From Pelagomonas calceolata (Eukaryota): a stretch of DNA of 64,000 nucleotides. The stretch's first letter is position 1. The number at the start of each line of letters is the position of its first letter. A program made the position numbers and the translations under genes. The DNA lies in assembly GCA_918797485.1 (NCBI GenBank), contig CAKKNE010000004.1, positions 2,356,001 through 2,420,000 of the forward strand, read 5' to 3'. Shown here in pieces: positions 1-10,075 of this stretch. The notes beneath the pieces are model-generated. The model saw only the letters and a program-made list of their open reading frames with translations, did not search any database and was not told the DNA's origin.

Positions 1-518
1 GACTCCTGTTGCTGGGTCTCCTCCTCTTCCACGTGGCTCGACGCCGGTTCCAATACCGTTCTATACATCTCGTGGTAGGCCCTCAATAAGTTAAAGCAGT
101 CGTCCCGGTCCCAGAAGCTCCGGAACACGTACTCTTTTCTTGCGGTAATTACTGCAATGGCATTCGGGATGAACACCGCCGTGTTCTCCTTCGTAACACA
201 GGTCACGTGCGAATAGGGGATCTTGATCTTCTTCTCGAAGCCGAATAAGTTGGAATAGAAGCAGATGAACCGCTCCGTGACGTAGAGTCTACCGTGCAAC
301 AGTATTTTCCTTTCGATGGCGCACGAGAAGTCCCTCCGAATGGCCCCGACGTCCCCAAATATGGTCCTGACGATCTCGTCGCGCCACGCCGCCGGGTCCT
401 GCTTGTCCTCCTCGGTGTCTATCTCTATTTCTTTCGAGCTCGCGCGGCACGCGGGCGTCTTTATTGACGCGCTGTTCTTCCGCCCGAAGCGGTCGCTCGC
501 GCTGGGGATCTGGCTCAT
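1..518 (-). CDS. GRAM-domain protein (GRAMD1/LAM/VAD1-like), 3' end runs off the window
   Basis: Manual translation from ATG 518: MSQIPSASDRF...DFSCAIERKILLHGRLYVTERFICFYSNLFGFEKKIKIPYSHVTCVTKENTAVFIPNAI...FRSFWDRDDCF, a typical GRAM signature. Not in the ORF track because it is truncated. Confidence 0.85.
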   Translation of the reverse strand, partial: MSQIPSASDRFGRKNSASIKTPACRASSKEIEIDTEEDKQDPAAWRDEIVRTIFGDVGAIRRDFSCAIERKILLHGRLYVTERFICFYSNLFGFEKKIKIPYSHVTCVTKENTAVFIPNAIAVITARKEYVFRSFWDRDDCFNLLRAYHEMYRTVLEPASSHVEEEETQQQE

Positions 519-1048
519 GGCTGTTATGCAGCGGCGCGCGTCGGCGGAGTAGCGCGCTCTGGCACACTCTTTTTGGGTCAGGCTTTTCAGTTCTCTCCTT
601 GCGCGGCACGACGCGCGGCGGCTGGGTGGCGCGCTGGGAGAGGACTGTGGCAGTGGTTCTTACGCACGTCGCTAGAGGAGAAAAGCCAGCGCGCACTTTT
701 CACTCGTGCCAGGCTAGTGCATTAATGCCGCTAGCTCACTTGGACATGTAAGCCGGCGAGATGCGTCCGCGGCTCAAATTCGGCACGGCCGTATACGATC
801 AACGAGCCCGCGGACTGCTCTAGCGAATTACGCACACTAGCCTTCTGCTCTGCGCTTTGCCAGAGAGCTTGTCTTTTGGGCAGCCGGGAGAGCGCCGCCA
901 TGGATCGACGTTGAGCCGCAAGCAGGAGCGGGGCAGCCTCTCTCCGCGGGGCAGTGGCCGCTGCAGCCTCCCGCGCCGTCGACGCGTCCGTGTGTGGGCA
1001 AAGGCAGGGCAGTGGCCGCTGCAGACTCGACGCATCCGTGTGGGCAAC

Positions 1049-1588
1049 ATGGGCTTTAGCAGGGGCATCAACTACAGGGGCTCGCAAGGCCTGAAGCGCG
1101 TGGCGACCAAGCACAAGGACCACGCCCACCGCCTGCGCGCCAAGAAGGCGCACCTCACGAGCGGCTTCGCAAAGCATTTGGATTCCCTCCGGAGCTCTTC
1201 TCGGAAATTGCTCAAGAAGCTCAAGGGCGCGAAGGTCGAGCCCGAGGAGCCCCTCGAGCCGAGCTTCGACGAGAAGCTCGATATTCTCTTTACGCGCTAC
1301 GACGCGGACCACTCGGGCGAGATCGACGCCGAGGAGCTCGTGAAGCTGCTCTGGGACCTGACGCCGCCGCGGGAGCGGCCCTTCGTCAAGCCGAACCTCG
1401 GGGACGCGAACTTCATCATGGAGCAGTGCAACGACAACGGCAACGTCGCCTACCTGTCGCGCGACGAGCTGAAGGACGCCGTGCTGCTCTGGCGGCGCAT
1501 CGAGAAGTCGACGCGGCCCTCGCCGACGGACCGGTCGCGGACGGGCCGGCAGCTCGGCGCGTGCTGCCTTAAGTTGTGTTGTGGGTAG
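1049..1588 (+). CDS. EF-hand protein with Cys-rich C-terminus
   Basis: EF-hand loop DADHSGEIDAEEL, second degenerate hand; ends GACCLKLCCG. First in-frame ATG at 1049. Confidence 0.75.
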   Translation: MGFSRGINYRGSQGLKRVATKHKDHAHRLRAKKAHLTSGFAKHLDSLRSSSRKLLKKLKGAKVEPEEPLEPSFDEKLDILFTRYDADHSGEIDAEELVKLLWDLTPPRERPFVKPNLGDANFIMEQCNDNGNVAYLSRDELKDAVLLWRRIEKSTRPSPTDRSRTGRQLGACCLKLCCG

Positions 1589-1613
1589 GCGCTCTTACTA
1601 CAGGAATAGGATC

Positions 1614-2120
1614 CTAGAAGATCTTCTGCGTGGAAGAAGGGCGCGCCTTGAGCGCGTCGAGCTTCGCACGCGTCGCCGCGTCGACGTCCTTGTCGAGGCC
1701 GAGCTCGGCGCGCACCCAGTCCGTGTGCGGGACCGGTTGAGGGGCCACTTTGCACCCCTTCTCCACGTGGGCCTCGCTGAAGGGCAGGAGGCACTTCGCC
1801 GAGACCCAGCCCTCGCCGCCCTCCGCCTCGACGCGGACGCGGCGCTCGTCCGCCGTCGCGTCGACGACCTCGACGAGCGCGTCCTGGGCGAGGACCGCGA
1901 CCTCGCGCGAGTCGAGCGCCGGGCCGGCGCGCACCGTCGCGCCGTTCGGCGCCGCGACGCGGAAGGCCTTGCCGACGCGCGACGCCGCGGGGCTCCAGTC
2001 CGGCCCTCCGATCACCCTCGGCATCGCGCGCGGGTCCTGGACGGGCCGCAGCTTCTGCACCAGGTAGGTCTGCTGGCTCGCGTCGACGTCGTACTGCGGC
2101 GGGCGGTACACGGTGCCCAT
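1614..2120 (-). CDS. Small protein with SH3b-like domain
   Basis: ATVRAGPALDSREVAVL...VEV...RVRV...EGWVS pattern of bacterial-type SH3 domains; GC3-rich codons. Confidence 0.65.
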   Translation of the reverse strand: MGTVYRPPQYDVDASQQTYLVQKLRPVQDPRAMPRVIGGPDWSPAASRVGKAFRVAAPNGATVRAGPALDSREVAVLAQDALVEVVDATADERRVRVEAEGGEGWVSAKCLLPFSEAHVEKGCKVAPQPVPHTDWVRAELGLDKDVDAATRAKLDALKARPSSTQKIF

Positions 2121-2507
2121 GGTACCGGTCTGCTTTGGTGTCGGCGGTGTTTGACGTGGTTGGCGGCGTCAATTCGTGCCGCGGCCGTGCGTCTTGCTCT
2201 GTTGGAAGTGGCCTCACACCAACACACAGCCCACCAACTGCGGACCCCGGTGGCTAGAGTGCTTCGGAGGGCTGCCCTTCGCGCGGACCACTGCCGGCAC
2301 GCCTCCGCGGAGAGGCCTTGCGCCCCCAAAACACACTAGCCCTACTCTCATGCGAGCGCTGTGTTTGGCCGGCTCTCCCGCGGCAAAACGCGCAATCACA
2401 ACCACGCGCACGCTTCGCGCCGCCGCAGCGCTGCCTCGGCTGCGCATTGCTGCTCCGGGCTGCCTCGCGCCGCCCGAGAAGCCAGAGCACCCACAGCCCA
2501 GCAAACC

Positions 2508-3260
2508 ATGGTCTCCCTCGGCGACCTCGCGCCGCCGGAGAAGCCCACGGGCCGCCGCTACCTGACGGGCCGGCCCGACGGCCAGGAGGCCGTCTGGCGC
2601 AACCCGCGGCGCTACCTCGTCCCCAAGCCGTCGAAAGGCGAGCCGCCGCACGGCAAGAAGGCCCTCAAGAGCCCGCGGGGCGGCGATGAATATAGACACA
2701 AGGTCGCGCGCCAGTTCCCGGACCGCGCGGCGCAGTCGGGCTACGACTCTCCCGAGCGCGACTTTGTCGGGACTCACCTCAACCGAAAGATTATTCCCGT
2801 GCCCCTCGAGGAGACGCTCGAGCATCGCCTGGGCTTCAAGGGCCGCGTGCGAGATCGGCGCAACGGCATCCCGAAGATAGGATTGAAAGAAGTAGTAGAC
2901 ATGTGGCCCGGCTACATGAAACAAGAGGGTCTCATCCCGGGCCAGTGTATTGTGGATAATCGCACGCCGGACAACGTCGTGCCCAAGCCCCACAAAGTGA
3001 CGCCACTCACCTACGAGGAGAAGAAGCGGCGCGACCGGCTGCGCGGCGAGATGGGCGACGTCTCGGGGCTGACGAACGCGGCGGGCGACGGCGACGACGC
3101 GCTGGCGTCGTGGGAGGAGCGGACGGGGTACTACGTCTGGAAGACGAAGGCCGTGCGCGCGGGCGAAGAGGCGCCGTCGGCGTCGCCCTCGGCGCGCGCG
3201 TCCCGCGCCAGCCGCGACTCCGAGGCCTCGCAGGCCGAGCCCGAGGCGGCGCCTGGGTAA
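2508..3260 (+). CDS. Hypothetical protein
   Basis: ATG 2508 (MVSLGDLAPPEK), coding-like codon bias, no recognised domain. Confidence 0.65.
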   Translation: MVSLGDLAPPEKPTGRRYLTGRPDGQEAVWRNPRRYLVPKPSKGEPPHGKKALKSPRGGDEYRHKVARQFPDRAAQSGYDSPERDFVGTHLNRKIIPVPLEETLEHRLGFKGRVRDRRNGIPKIGLKEVVDMWPGYMKQEGLIPGQCIVDNRTPDNVVPKPHKVTPLTYEEKKRRDRLRGEMGDVSGLTNAAGDGDDALASWEERTGYYVWKTKAVRAGEEAPSASPSARASRASRDSEASQAEPEAAPG

Positions 3261-3353
3261 GTATCTAGTCATTATACGCCGCCGCCGCGACCCCCTAGGA
3301 GAGTTTTAGTACAGCTTTACCCGCGGGACCACGGGAACGGGGGGACGGGACGT

Positions 3354-4775
3354 CTACTTCATGCCCACGGGCTTGCCGATGGAGTAGACCGTGAAGCCGA
3401 TCTCGCGCAGCGCCGCCGCGTCGACGATGTTGCGGCCGTCGAAGAGGAAGGCCGGCTTGGCCATGGAGTCGTAGATCTTCTTGTAGTCGAGGGTCTTGAA
3501 CTCGTCCCACTCGGTAGCGATGGCGATGGCGTGCGCGCCCTGGGCGGCGCTGTAGGCGTCGGGAGACGTGACCACCAATTCGCCCAAGCCCGGCTTCGTC
3601 TCCTCCGAGAGATTGAGCGTGTACTTGAACTCGGCGAACATGGACTCTCTGGAGACCTGGGGGTCGTAGACGTGGACCCTAGCTTGTTCTTCGACCAAGT
3701 CGCGCGCGATGAAGGCCGCCGCCGTCTCGCGCGTGTCGCCCGTGTCCTTCTTAAACGCAAAGCCGAAGATCGCGATCTTCTTGCCCGTGACCGTGTTGAA
3801 CATGGAGCGCACCATGTTTAAGCTAAATCTGGACTTCTGGTACTCGTTCATCTGCACGACCCAGTTCCAGTACTCGGCGCACTCCCTTAAACCATAGGAT
3901 TCACAGAGGTACACTAAGTTGAGGATGTCCTTCTGGAAGCACGAGCCGCCGAAGCCTACCGAAGCTTGGAGGAACTTGGGACCGATGCGCGGGTCCGTGC
4001 CGCAGGCTCTCGAGATCTCGCTGATGTCCGCGCCCGTCGCCTCGCACAGAGCAGAGATGGAGTTGACTGAGGACACTCTCTGGGCCAACATAGCATTGGC
4101 TACTAACTTCGAGAGCTCAGAAGACCACAGGTTCGTGGTCAGGATCTTGTCGCGCGGCACCCAATTCGCATAGACGTTTACTACCGTCTCGAGGGCCTTG
4201 AGACCTTCCGGGGTCTGCATGCCTCCCAGCAACACGCGAGACGGCGTTTCGAGGTCGGGCACGGCCGTGCCCTCGGCCAGGAACTCGGGGTTGCTCAGCA
4301 CCTGGAATTTGACGCCCGGTTTAGCGCCATGCTCGAGCACCGCGCGGACGGCGTCCGACGTGCGCACGGGCACCGTCGACTTCTCGACGACGATCTTGTC
4401 GGACGTCGACACTTCCGCGATCGTTCTCGCGCATAACTCGCAGTTCTTGACGTTGGCCGCGCGCCCGGCGCCGATGCCGGCCGTTTTGGTGGGCGTGTTG
4501 ACCGAAATGAACACAATATCAGCCTCCGCAATACTTTCATTGATTTTGGTGGAGAACACTAAATTACCTCTCTTGAGACCCACCGCCACGACCTCCTCGA
4601 GCCCAGGCTCGTAGATGGGCAATTTATTACCCGTGTTCCACGCGTCGATGATCTTCTGGCTCAAATCAACCACGGTGACCTTAATGCGGGGGCACATCTT
4701 CGCGATGACGGCCATGGTCGGGCCGCCCACGTAGCCGGCGCCCATGCAGCAGATCTTGACGTCGTACTGCGCCAT
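3354..4775 (-). CDS. UGDH: UDP-glucose 6-dehydrogenase
   Basis: KICCMGAGYVGGPT Rossmann motif, VEKSTVPV, SNPEFLAEG, catalytic GFGGSCFQKD, GFAFKKDTGDTRE, FDGRN. Confidence 0.97.
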   Translation of the reverse strand: MAQYDVKICCMGAGYVGGPTMAVIAKMCPRIKVTVVDLSQKIIDAWNTGNKLPIYEPGLEEVVAVGLKRGNLVFSTKINESIAEADIVFISVNTPTKTAGIGAGRAANVKNCELCARTIAEVSTSDKIVVEKSTVPVRTSDAVRAVLEHGAKPGVKFQVLSNPEFLAEGTAVPDLETPSRVLLGGMQTPEGLKALETVVNVYANWVPRDKILTTNLWSSELSKLVANAMLAQRVSSVNSISALCEATGADISEISRACGTDPRIGPKFLQASVGFGGSCFQKDILNLVYLCESYGLRECAEYWNWVVQMNEYQKSRFSLNMVRSMFNTVTGKKIAIFGFAFKKDTGDTRETAAAFIARDLVEEQARVHVYDPQVSRESMFAEFKYTLNLSEETKPGLGELVVTSPDAYSAAQGAHAIAIATEWDEFKTLDYKKIYDSMAKPAFLFDGRNIVDAAALREIGFTVYSIGKPVGMK

Positions 4776-4828
4776 TTCGGCCCTGTGTTTTTTTTCTTTT
4801 TCTGGGGCCTTTGTTTCTGTCTCTGTGC

Positions 4829-5035
4829 CTGCGCGCGGCGCCGGCGTCGGGGGCTTGGTCGCGACGACGGGGTTTGGGGGGTCGTGGTGGCTGCGAGGTG
4901 TGTTTGCGCGCGCGCGACCCGGCGGGTCGGTTTCGGGGGCGCGTCGGGCCGCGCGGCCGCGGAAACCGCGTCGCGGCGGTCGGCGCAGCACCGGGTTCGG
5001 CCTGGCGCGTTTGTTTTGCACCAATTGAACCGTAC
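4829..5035 (-). other. Possible 5'-UTR intron of UGDH
   Basis: Minus-strand GTACGG donor at 5035 and CGCGCAG acceptor at 4829, 54 nt before the ATG. No coding-frame support is possible. Confidence 0.3.
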
Positions 5036-5645
5036 CGCGGATGACTGAATTTTTTTAGCCAAAAAAATGAATGTGCTCGATCGCCGTCGGACCGTGCGTA
5101 AGAGCCGGCTCGTTGCATCCACGTTGTTGGGGCGAAAATTGAAGCGCGCGCGCGAGCGGATAGTCACGCACCTTTGCTGTATGGCGAGTTAGCAGCTCCC
5201 AATAGCTGACCGGGTCTGCGTAGCCCAAAAAATTATTAGTCCGACGACCTATTTTTTTTTTAGCATTGGTAATGTGAATGGCCACCGTCGGAGTGCTGAA
5301 GAACGATGGCAAGGCTGCAGGTACCTTTCCTCTAGCGTAGTGACACACTAGGGTTTGTCAGCTCCTTCGCGCAGCGCACCCCTGTCGCGACGTCTGGTTA
5401 CGTGCAGACGTGCGCGAGTGGTTGTTTTCATTGCTCCTAACGCCTCCTCGATTGCTGCGCTTCGCAAGTCGAGCGAACACGCGTAACAAAAAAGCCACAG
5501 CACAGCGCCTGAAGCTCTCAGCCCTGAACGCCGCGCGCCCGCACCGGACAGTCTCGCAACCGCCGCACGCCATTGACGCCACCAGCGCGTGGCCACACCA
5601 AAAGAATCGGACAGCAAAGAGCCACCGGAAAGCTCACAAACAGCG

Positions 5646-6368
5646 ATGAAGCGCTCAATAGACGAGACCGACGACCCCAACGCCAACGACGCGCGCCAGA
5701 AGCTCAAGGACTCGCTCATCCCCTTCGACCAGAGCCGCGAGGCGTCCGAGGCGCTGCTATTGCAGTGCTGCTACTCGATCTTAGAAAGGCAGCCGTCGAG
5801 ATCTCTGAATGTGCGCGGCCTCGTCCACGAACTGAATCGGACCGTGGCGCCGGGCGCGTTCACGAAGCGGGGAGAAGAGCGCACGGCGAGCACGTACGTC
5901 AAGCAGGTATTGGGGGGCTGCCGGGCCTGGTGCGAGGCGCTGCCCGCGGACGTGTTTGAAGTGGTCGGCTCGTGGGAGACGAATGTGGAGCTGCGATTGG
6001 TGAGCCGCGACGACGCGGACATGACCGACGACGACGCCTTTGTGGATGGGGAGCGAAGGCAAGGGCGCGTCGAGTTCTGGGACCGGGGCCGGGGCTGGGG
6101 GCGCGTGTCGCTCGACGGCGACGCGCGGCGCACGCGCGTCTTCGTGCATGCCCGCGACGTCGCCTCGGCGAAGAAGCAGTTGCCGCGGGGCGGCCGCGTC
6201 GACCTGCGTTTGAGGTCTACGGAGCGGGGCTGGTGCGGCGAGGACGTGCACCTGCTCGACGCGACGGACGACGAGGTCGACGCGCTGCTGGGCGCGGCGG
6301 CGATGGCGTTGGGGCCCGACGAGCCGCCGCCCGCGCCCTCCGAGCCGTCGCGGCCCGTGACGCCCTAG
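5646..6368 (+). CDS. Protein with C-terminal cold-shock (OB-fold) domain
   Basis: GRVEFWDRGRGWGRV...VFVHARDV...LPRGGRVDL, RNP1/RNP2-like cold-shock motifs. Confidence 0.75.
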   Translation: MKRSIDETDDPNANDARQKLKDSLIPFDQSREASEALLLQCCYSILERQPSRSLNVRGLVHELNRTVAPGAFTKRGEERTASTYVKQVLGGCRAWCEALPADVFEVVGSWETNVELRLVSRDDADMTDDDAFVDGERRQGRVEFWDRGRGWGRVSLDGDARRTRVFVHARDVASAKKQLPRGGRVDLRLRSTERGWCGEDVHLLDATDDEVDALLGAAAMALGPDEPPPAPSEPSRPVTP

Positions 6369-6395
6369 TTTTGTGCATTATATAGGTCTAGTCTA

Positions 6396-6503
6396 TTACA
6401 CCCCCACCGCGACCTCGCCCCGGGCCTTCGCGTCCAACAACGCTAGAGTAGCGGGCAGGTCCAGGAACCGCAGCCCGAAGCGCGAGTTGTACTTCGTGAG
6501 CAT
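6396..6503 (-). pseudogene. Orphan 3' end of a minus-strand gene
   Basis: Reads MLTKYNSRFGLRFLDLPATLALLDAKARGEVAVGV-stop with coding-like codons, then abuts a truncated introner. Confidence 0.4.
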
Positions 6504-6573
6504 GGAAATAAACCAGTGAGTTAGGTTACATCATGTCGATGGCGTGGGCGCCCGAAATTTGATTTCCACACAG
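6503..6573. mobile_element. Introner element with truncated left TIR
   Basis: tggaaataaaccagtgag...gtcgatggcgtgggcg...tttgatttccacacag, closely similar to the 60095-60170 copy; left ctgtg end and left TSD are missing. Confidence 0.8.
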
Positions 6574-6693
6574 GTACGGAGAAGCAATTGAATCGACTGT
6601 CGCATGTGAAAATGGACATGCCCGTGGGCGCCGAGCTCATAAAACTATTGGATGACGAGCGGGCGGCGCTCGACGATGCGCGCCGGACCATCG

Positions 6694-6805
6694 CAACACG
6701 ACGCTCAAAGTCCACGTCGGACCGGTCTCGAGCCACGTTGCGAACTGGGAAGCCGTCGAGGAGACTTTGCGGGGCACGCGCTACGAGCACTTCCTCTCCG
6801 AGTAA
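6694..6805 (+). pseudogene. Orphan C-terminus of a NodH/Stf0-like sulfotransferase
   Basis: TTLKVHVGPVSSHVANWEAVEETLRGTRYEHFLSE-stop resembles the C-terminal motif of plant NodH-like sulfotransferases (KIH.GPLS..V.NW..V...L.GT.Y..FL). The frame is closed upstream by TGA. Confidence 0.5.
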
Positions 6806-6820
6806 AAGAATAATGGTAAA

Positions 6821-8212
6821 TCACGCCGTTAGTCGCATGAGCGGCGAGGACGCCATCGCGCAGGCCAACGCGCACGCGGCGAAGACGATCGGCGCGTGGC
6901 CCGCGTAGAGCAGCGCGCCGACGACCGACGCGATGGTCGCGCAGGCGGCCTGGGCCCGCGCCGCGACGTCGCGCTGGTCCGGCGCCACGTGCTTGCCCCG
7001 CAGCGCCGCGAGGCACGGCTTCGCCGCGCCGAGCGCCAGCTGGAACGCCAGGAAGGGCGCCAGGGCCGCCCCCAGCCCCGCCGGCTGCGTCGCCAGGAAG
7101 GCGAAGGCCAGGCCGCCCGTCGCGCAGCAGGCCGCCGCGAGGTGCTCGAAGCGCTTGGACGACGCCGCGACGGCGCCGAAGACCTGCGTGCCCGCGACGG
7201 CCGCGGCCATCGTCAGCGAGAACACGAAACCGAAGGGCGCGTCCGGGTCCGCCCGGGACACCGTCGGCGCCCACGCGACCAATGCGATCGCCGCCGCCGC
7301 ATCCACAATAGCCGCGCCGGCCGTCACGACGGCCCCGCGCACGCTCCTTCCGCCGCTCGTGTCCCGCGGGAACTCGAAGAAGCGGCCCAGGCCGGCCTCG
7401 GCGTCGCCTCCACACAACGGCGCTTCTCCAAGAACCGGCGCGTCCGCCGTCGACACCGTCAGGCCCGCCGCGACGAGCGCGACGAAGGCGCTCATTAACA
7501 GCGGCGCCCTTCTATCGTCGCAGAGGCGGTACAACACCTCCGACAGGGCCCCACTCAACAAAGCAGCCAGCGTCGTCGACCGTCCTATACTACGCATGGT
7601 CTCGCGGCGCCAGAGCGCCGGCCAGCTTTGGTGAGCGTGCACGGCCCGCTGCCAGCCCTCGAACGTCAATTGTAGCAGCGGCTGCGCGATACCCGAACAG
7701 ACGCGGCCCGCCAGCAAATAAATATGGTGACCGTGCCGCGACCCGTGCAGCGCCGCCGTGATCGCGGATATCGATACGCAGACTAATGCGAGGCCGCACG
7801 CGCCCCTCAACCCCAAGGCCCGCTCGATCGCCGGTCTTAAACAAGTCCGCGCCGCCCAGGCCGTGGCGAAGGAGGTTGCGAAGAGCTCCGCGACCACAAT
7901 CAGCGGCAGGTCGTCGCGCACACACGCGTATAATTGGGCCGCAACCACATAATCCGCGGCCAGTCCCAAGGCCAACCCCGCGACGGACAACCTTCTAAAC
8001 TGCTGAAATGCTTTAAACTGGCCCTCCGTGTGCGGCGCCGTGCCCTTGGGCGTCGTCGGCGCGGCGTCCTCGGGCCCGCAGGACCGCGCGGCGGCGTAGG
8101 CGGCCGCGACGGCGCCGGCGGCGAGCGCGTAGGTTTCCATTGTTGACAGCATCGTTAGTCGCTGGAGGAGGGCTATGGTGGTTGTCGGGTCGTCGTTCGG
8201 CTCGAGCGGCAT
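6821..8212 (-). CDS. MFS transporter, MFSD5/MOT2 (molybdate-anion transporter)-like, divergent
   Basis: Multiple TM helices; LLAGRVCSGIAQPLLQLTFEGWQRAVH matches the family motif GR..GG..TSLL...FE.W...EH. Start could be 8212, 8152 or 8140. Confidence 0.7.
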   Translation of the reverse strand: MPLEPNDDPTTTIALLQRLTMLSTMETYALAAGAVAAAYAAARSCGPEDAAPTTPKGTAPHTEGQFKAFQQFRRLSVAGLALGLAADYVVAAQLYACVRDDLPLIVVAELFATSFATAWAARTCLRPAIERALGLRGACGLALVCVSISAITAALHGSRHGHHIYLLAGRVCSGIAQPLLQLTFEGWQRAVHAHQSWPALWRRETMRSIGRSTTLAALLSGALSEVLYRLCDDRRAPLLMSAFVALVAAGLTVSTADAPVLGEAPLCGGDAEAGLGRFFEFPRDTSGGRSVRGAVVTAGAAIVDAAAAIALVAWAPTVSRADPDAPFGFVFSLTMAAAVAGTQVFGAVAASSKRFEHLAAACCATGGLAFAFLATQPAGLGAALAPFLAFQLALGAAKPCLAALRGKHVAPDQRDVAARAQAACATIASVVGALLYAGHAPIVFAACALACAMASSPLMRLTA

Positions 8213-8658
8213 TTTTTCGTGTTGTCTGTGATTTTGTATTCGGCTGCTGGGTGCTATCCGTGCGTCCAGAGATGCTTCGCTGGCTACGCCGTTCGAGGGC
8301 CTGTCACTTGGTTTACTTCCTTACGATCCAGGACTGCCACAGACACCGAGACGGCGCTTTTTTGCCTTCGGCGGCGGCGGCTGAAGCTAGCGTCCAGTAA
8401 GACACTAGCAAACACACAAGCTCCGCAGCCAAGCTCCTAAATCCGGGTGATATACAACTGTCTAGACGAGCCAGCGGTCGCACGAGTGGCCCACGGCATC
8501 GCCTGGACGCACAGCGCTGGCGCATCGACTCTCTTCGCACGCATATTCTCGTAGAGGCTCCAAAGCCAGAGGGCGCGCGGCGCACAGTGGTCGCATAAAT
8601 ACGCCTCGAGGGAAGCGGAGGTCGCAGACGAGGCTGTACAGCCTCGAGGCGCTAAGAT

Positions 8659-9192
8659 ATGGCCGACCCCACGCCACCGTCCCCCGCGAAAGACGACGAC
8701 GACGCCAGCGACGGCGGCGACGAGGATCTATTGAAAGTGGACCTCCTCGCGACGCTGGACGACGCGCTCGCGTACATCCATCAAAGCTTTCCGCAAGACG
8801 ACGAGGCGGGCAAGGTACGAGCGCGGGACGCCGCGCTGCGCGTCGCGGACGATCTTCTTGGAGGCGACCCGGCCGGCCGCGATCTGATGGACGACGCGAT
8901 CGACGTCCTGCAGACGCGCACCCTAAAGCGCGTCACGGCGCGGCCCTCGGGGCGAAGCTTCGTTGCTGTGGATGCGGCCTTCGGCGGGACGAATGGAGGC
9001 CGCTACGCATGTTGGACAGACTTCTGCACCTGCGAGAAATTTGGGGAGGCGGCGGCGCGCGTTTCTACGAAAGTGCTCTGCAAGCACATGCTCGCCGCGA
9101 GATTGGCGCCCCTCTGTTCAAAAATGGAGGCCCAGGACATTTCTGATGATCAGTACCATTCTTACATCTCTTGTCGCTATGTTGAACTGTAA
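8659..9192 (+). CDS. ZSWIM7: SWIM zinc-finger protein (SWS1/ZSWIM7-like)
   Basis: PSGRSF...FCTCEKF...LCKHMLAARLA (CxC...CxH) in a small protein. Confidence 0.8.
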   Translation: MADPTPPSPAKDDDDASDGGDEDLLKVDLLATLDDALAYIHQSFPQDDEAGKVRARDAALRVADDLLGGDPAGRDLMDDAIDVLQTRTLKRVTARPSGRSFVAVDAAFGGTNGGRYACWTDFCTCEKFGEAAARVSTKVLCKHMLAARLAPLCSKMEAQDISDDQYHSYISCRYVEL

Positions 9193-9197
9193 TAAAA

Positions 9198-9638
9198 TTA
9201 AGATTCGTGCACAATGTATCCCTGGGCGTCGACGCGCCCCCGCATCGTCAACCGGTCGCCCGTCAAATCATCAATACCGTCGCCGTCCAGGTCGCCGCGC
9301 AGCTTGTCCGCCATGTACGCGCCCACGATGCGATTCAGCTCCGCGTTCGTGTTGCCCGCCTCCTTTATAGATAGGTCCCCGTCGCCGTCCTCGTCGGACA
9401 TACGCCACGCCTCGGCGAGCACCGGCTCCAAATCGGGGTCGCGCGACAGGTGCGGCGCCCCGCTCATCTTGAGCATCTCCCGCACGAAGTGGTCGAGCTC
9501 GGGCTTGTTTACTCTACCGTCCTCGTCCGTGTCGAGCATCCCATGATACACTTCTCCCATCGAGAGCTCCGCGTCCTCGGCCCGTATCCGGAGGCAGGCC
9601 AGGGCGGCGGCGAGGGCGGTCCTGAGGCCGGGGGCCAT
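9198..9638 (-). CDS. Secreted/ER EF-hand protein
   Basis: Signal peptide; DTDEDGRVNKPEL and DEDGDGDLSIKE loops, plus DLDGDGIDD. Confidence 0.75.
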   Translation of the reverse strand: MAPGLRTALAAALACLRIRAEDAELSMGEVYHGMLDTDEDGRVNKPELDHFVREMLKMSGAPHLSRDPDLEPVLAEAWRMSDEDGDGDLSIKEAGNTNAELNRIVGAYMADKLRGDLDGDGIDDLTGDRLTMRGRVDAQGYIVHES

Positions 9639-9641
9639 CGC

Positions 9642-9699
9642 TGGCGTAAATGGGCTGCTTGCCGCCTCCGGGACCGCGCCGGTGGCGTAAATGGGCTGC
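9642..9699. repeat. 17-bp perfect direct repeat upstream of the EF-hand gene
   Basis: tggcgtaaatgggctgc at 9642-9658 and 9683-9699. Confidence 0.85.
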
Positions 9700-10075
9700 C
9701 CCCTTACGACTCCTGGTGTGGGGCGCAGAGTGTGGGTCGCTTGGTGGGCTGCGGCGCACGCAGTGGTTGCGTGCGTGTGTCAGTATGGCTGTGAGCCCTA
9801 CCGTTTTGGCCGCTACCCGAGCGCCGTCCGAGCTGTGCTTGCTCAGGTTCGTGCGGCGCTTCGTGCTAGTATGTCATTGCGCTAGTTTTGCTCTCCGCTC
9901 TTTGCTCTTCACTTGTTGCTCTTCACTAGTGCTGCGCTCAGCACGACAAGCCTAGTAGCCGTTTTCGCACCAATCTTCGATACGTGGTGTGACCAGCCAG
10001 TCTGCGGAACCGCTCTTACGCCTGTAGCCTGTACAGAGCGGTGCTCTCAAGGCTGAGCACACAAGAGACGCGCTC

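Noticed and set aside
5051..5291. Weakly similar pair of segments (ccgacgg...cacatt...gctaaaaaaa on the minus strand) upstream of UGDH
   Set aside because: Similarity is short and partly homopolymeric.
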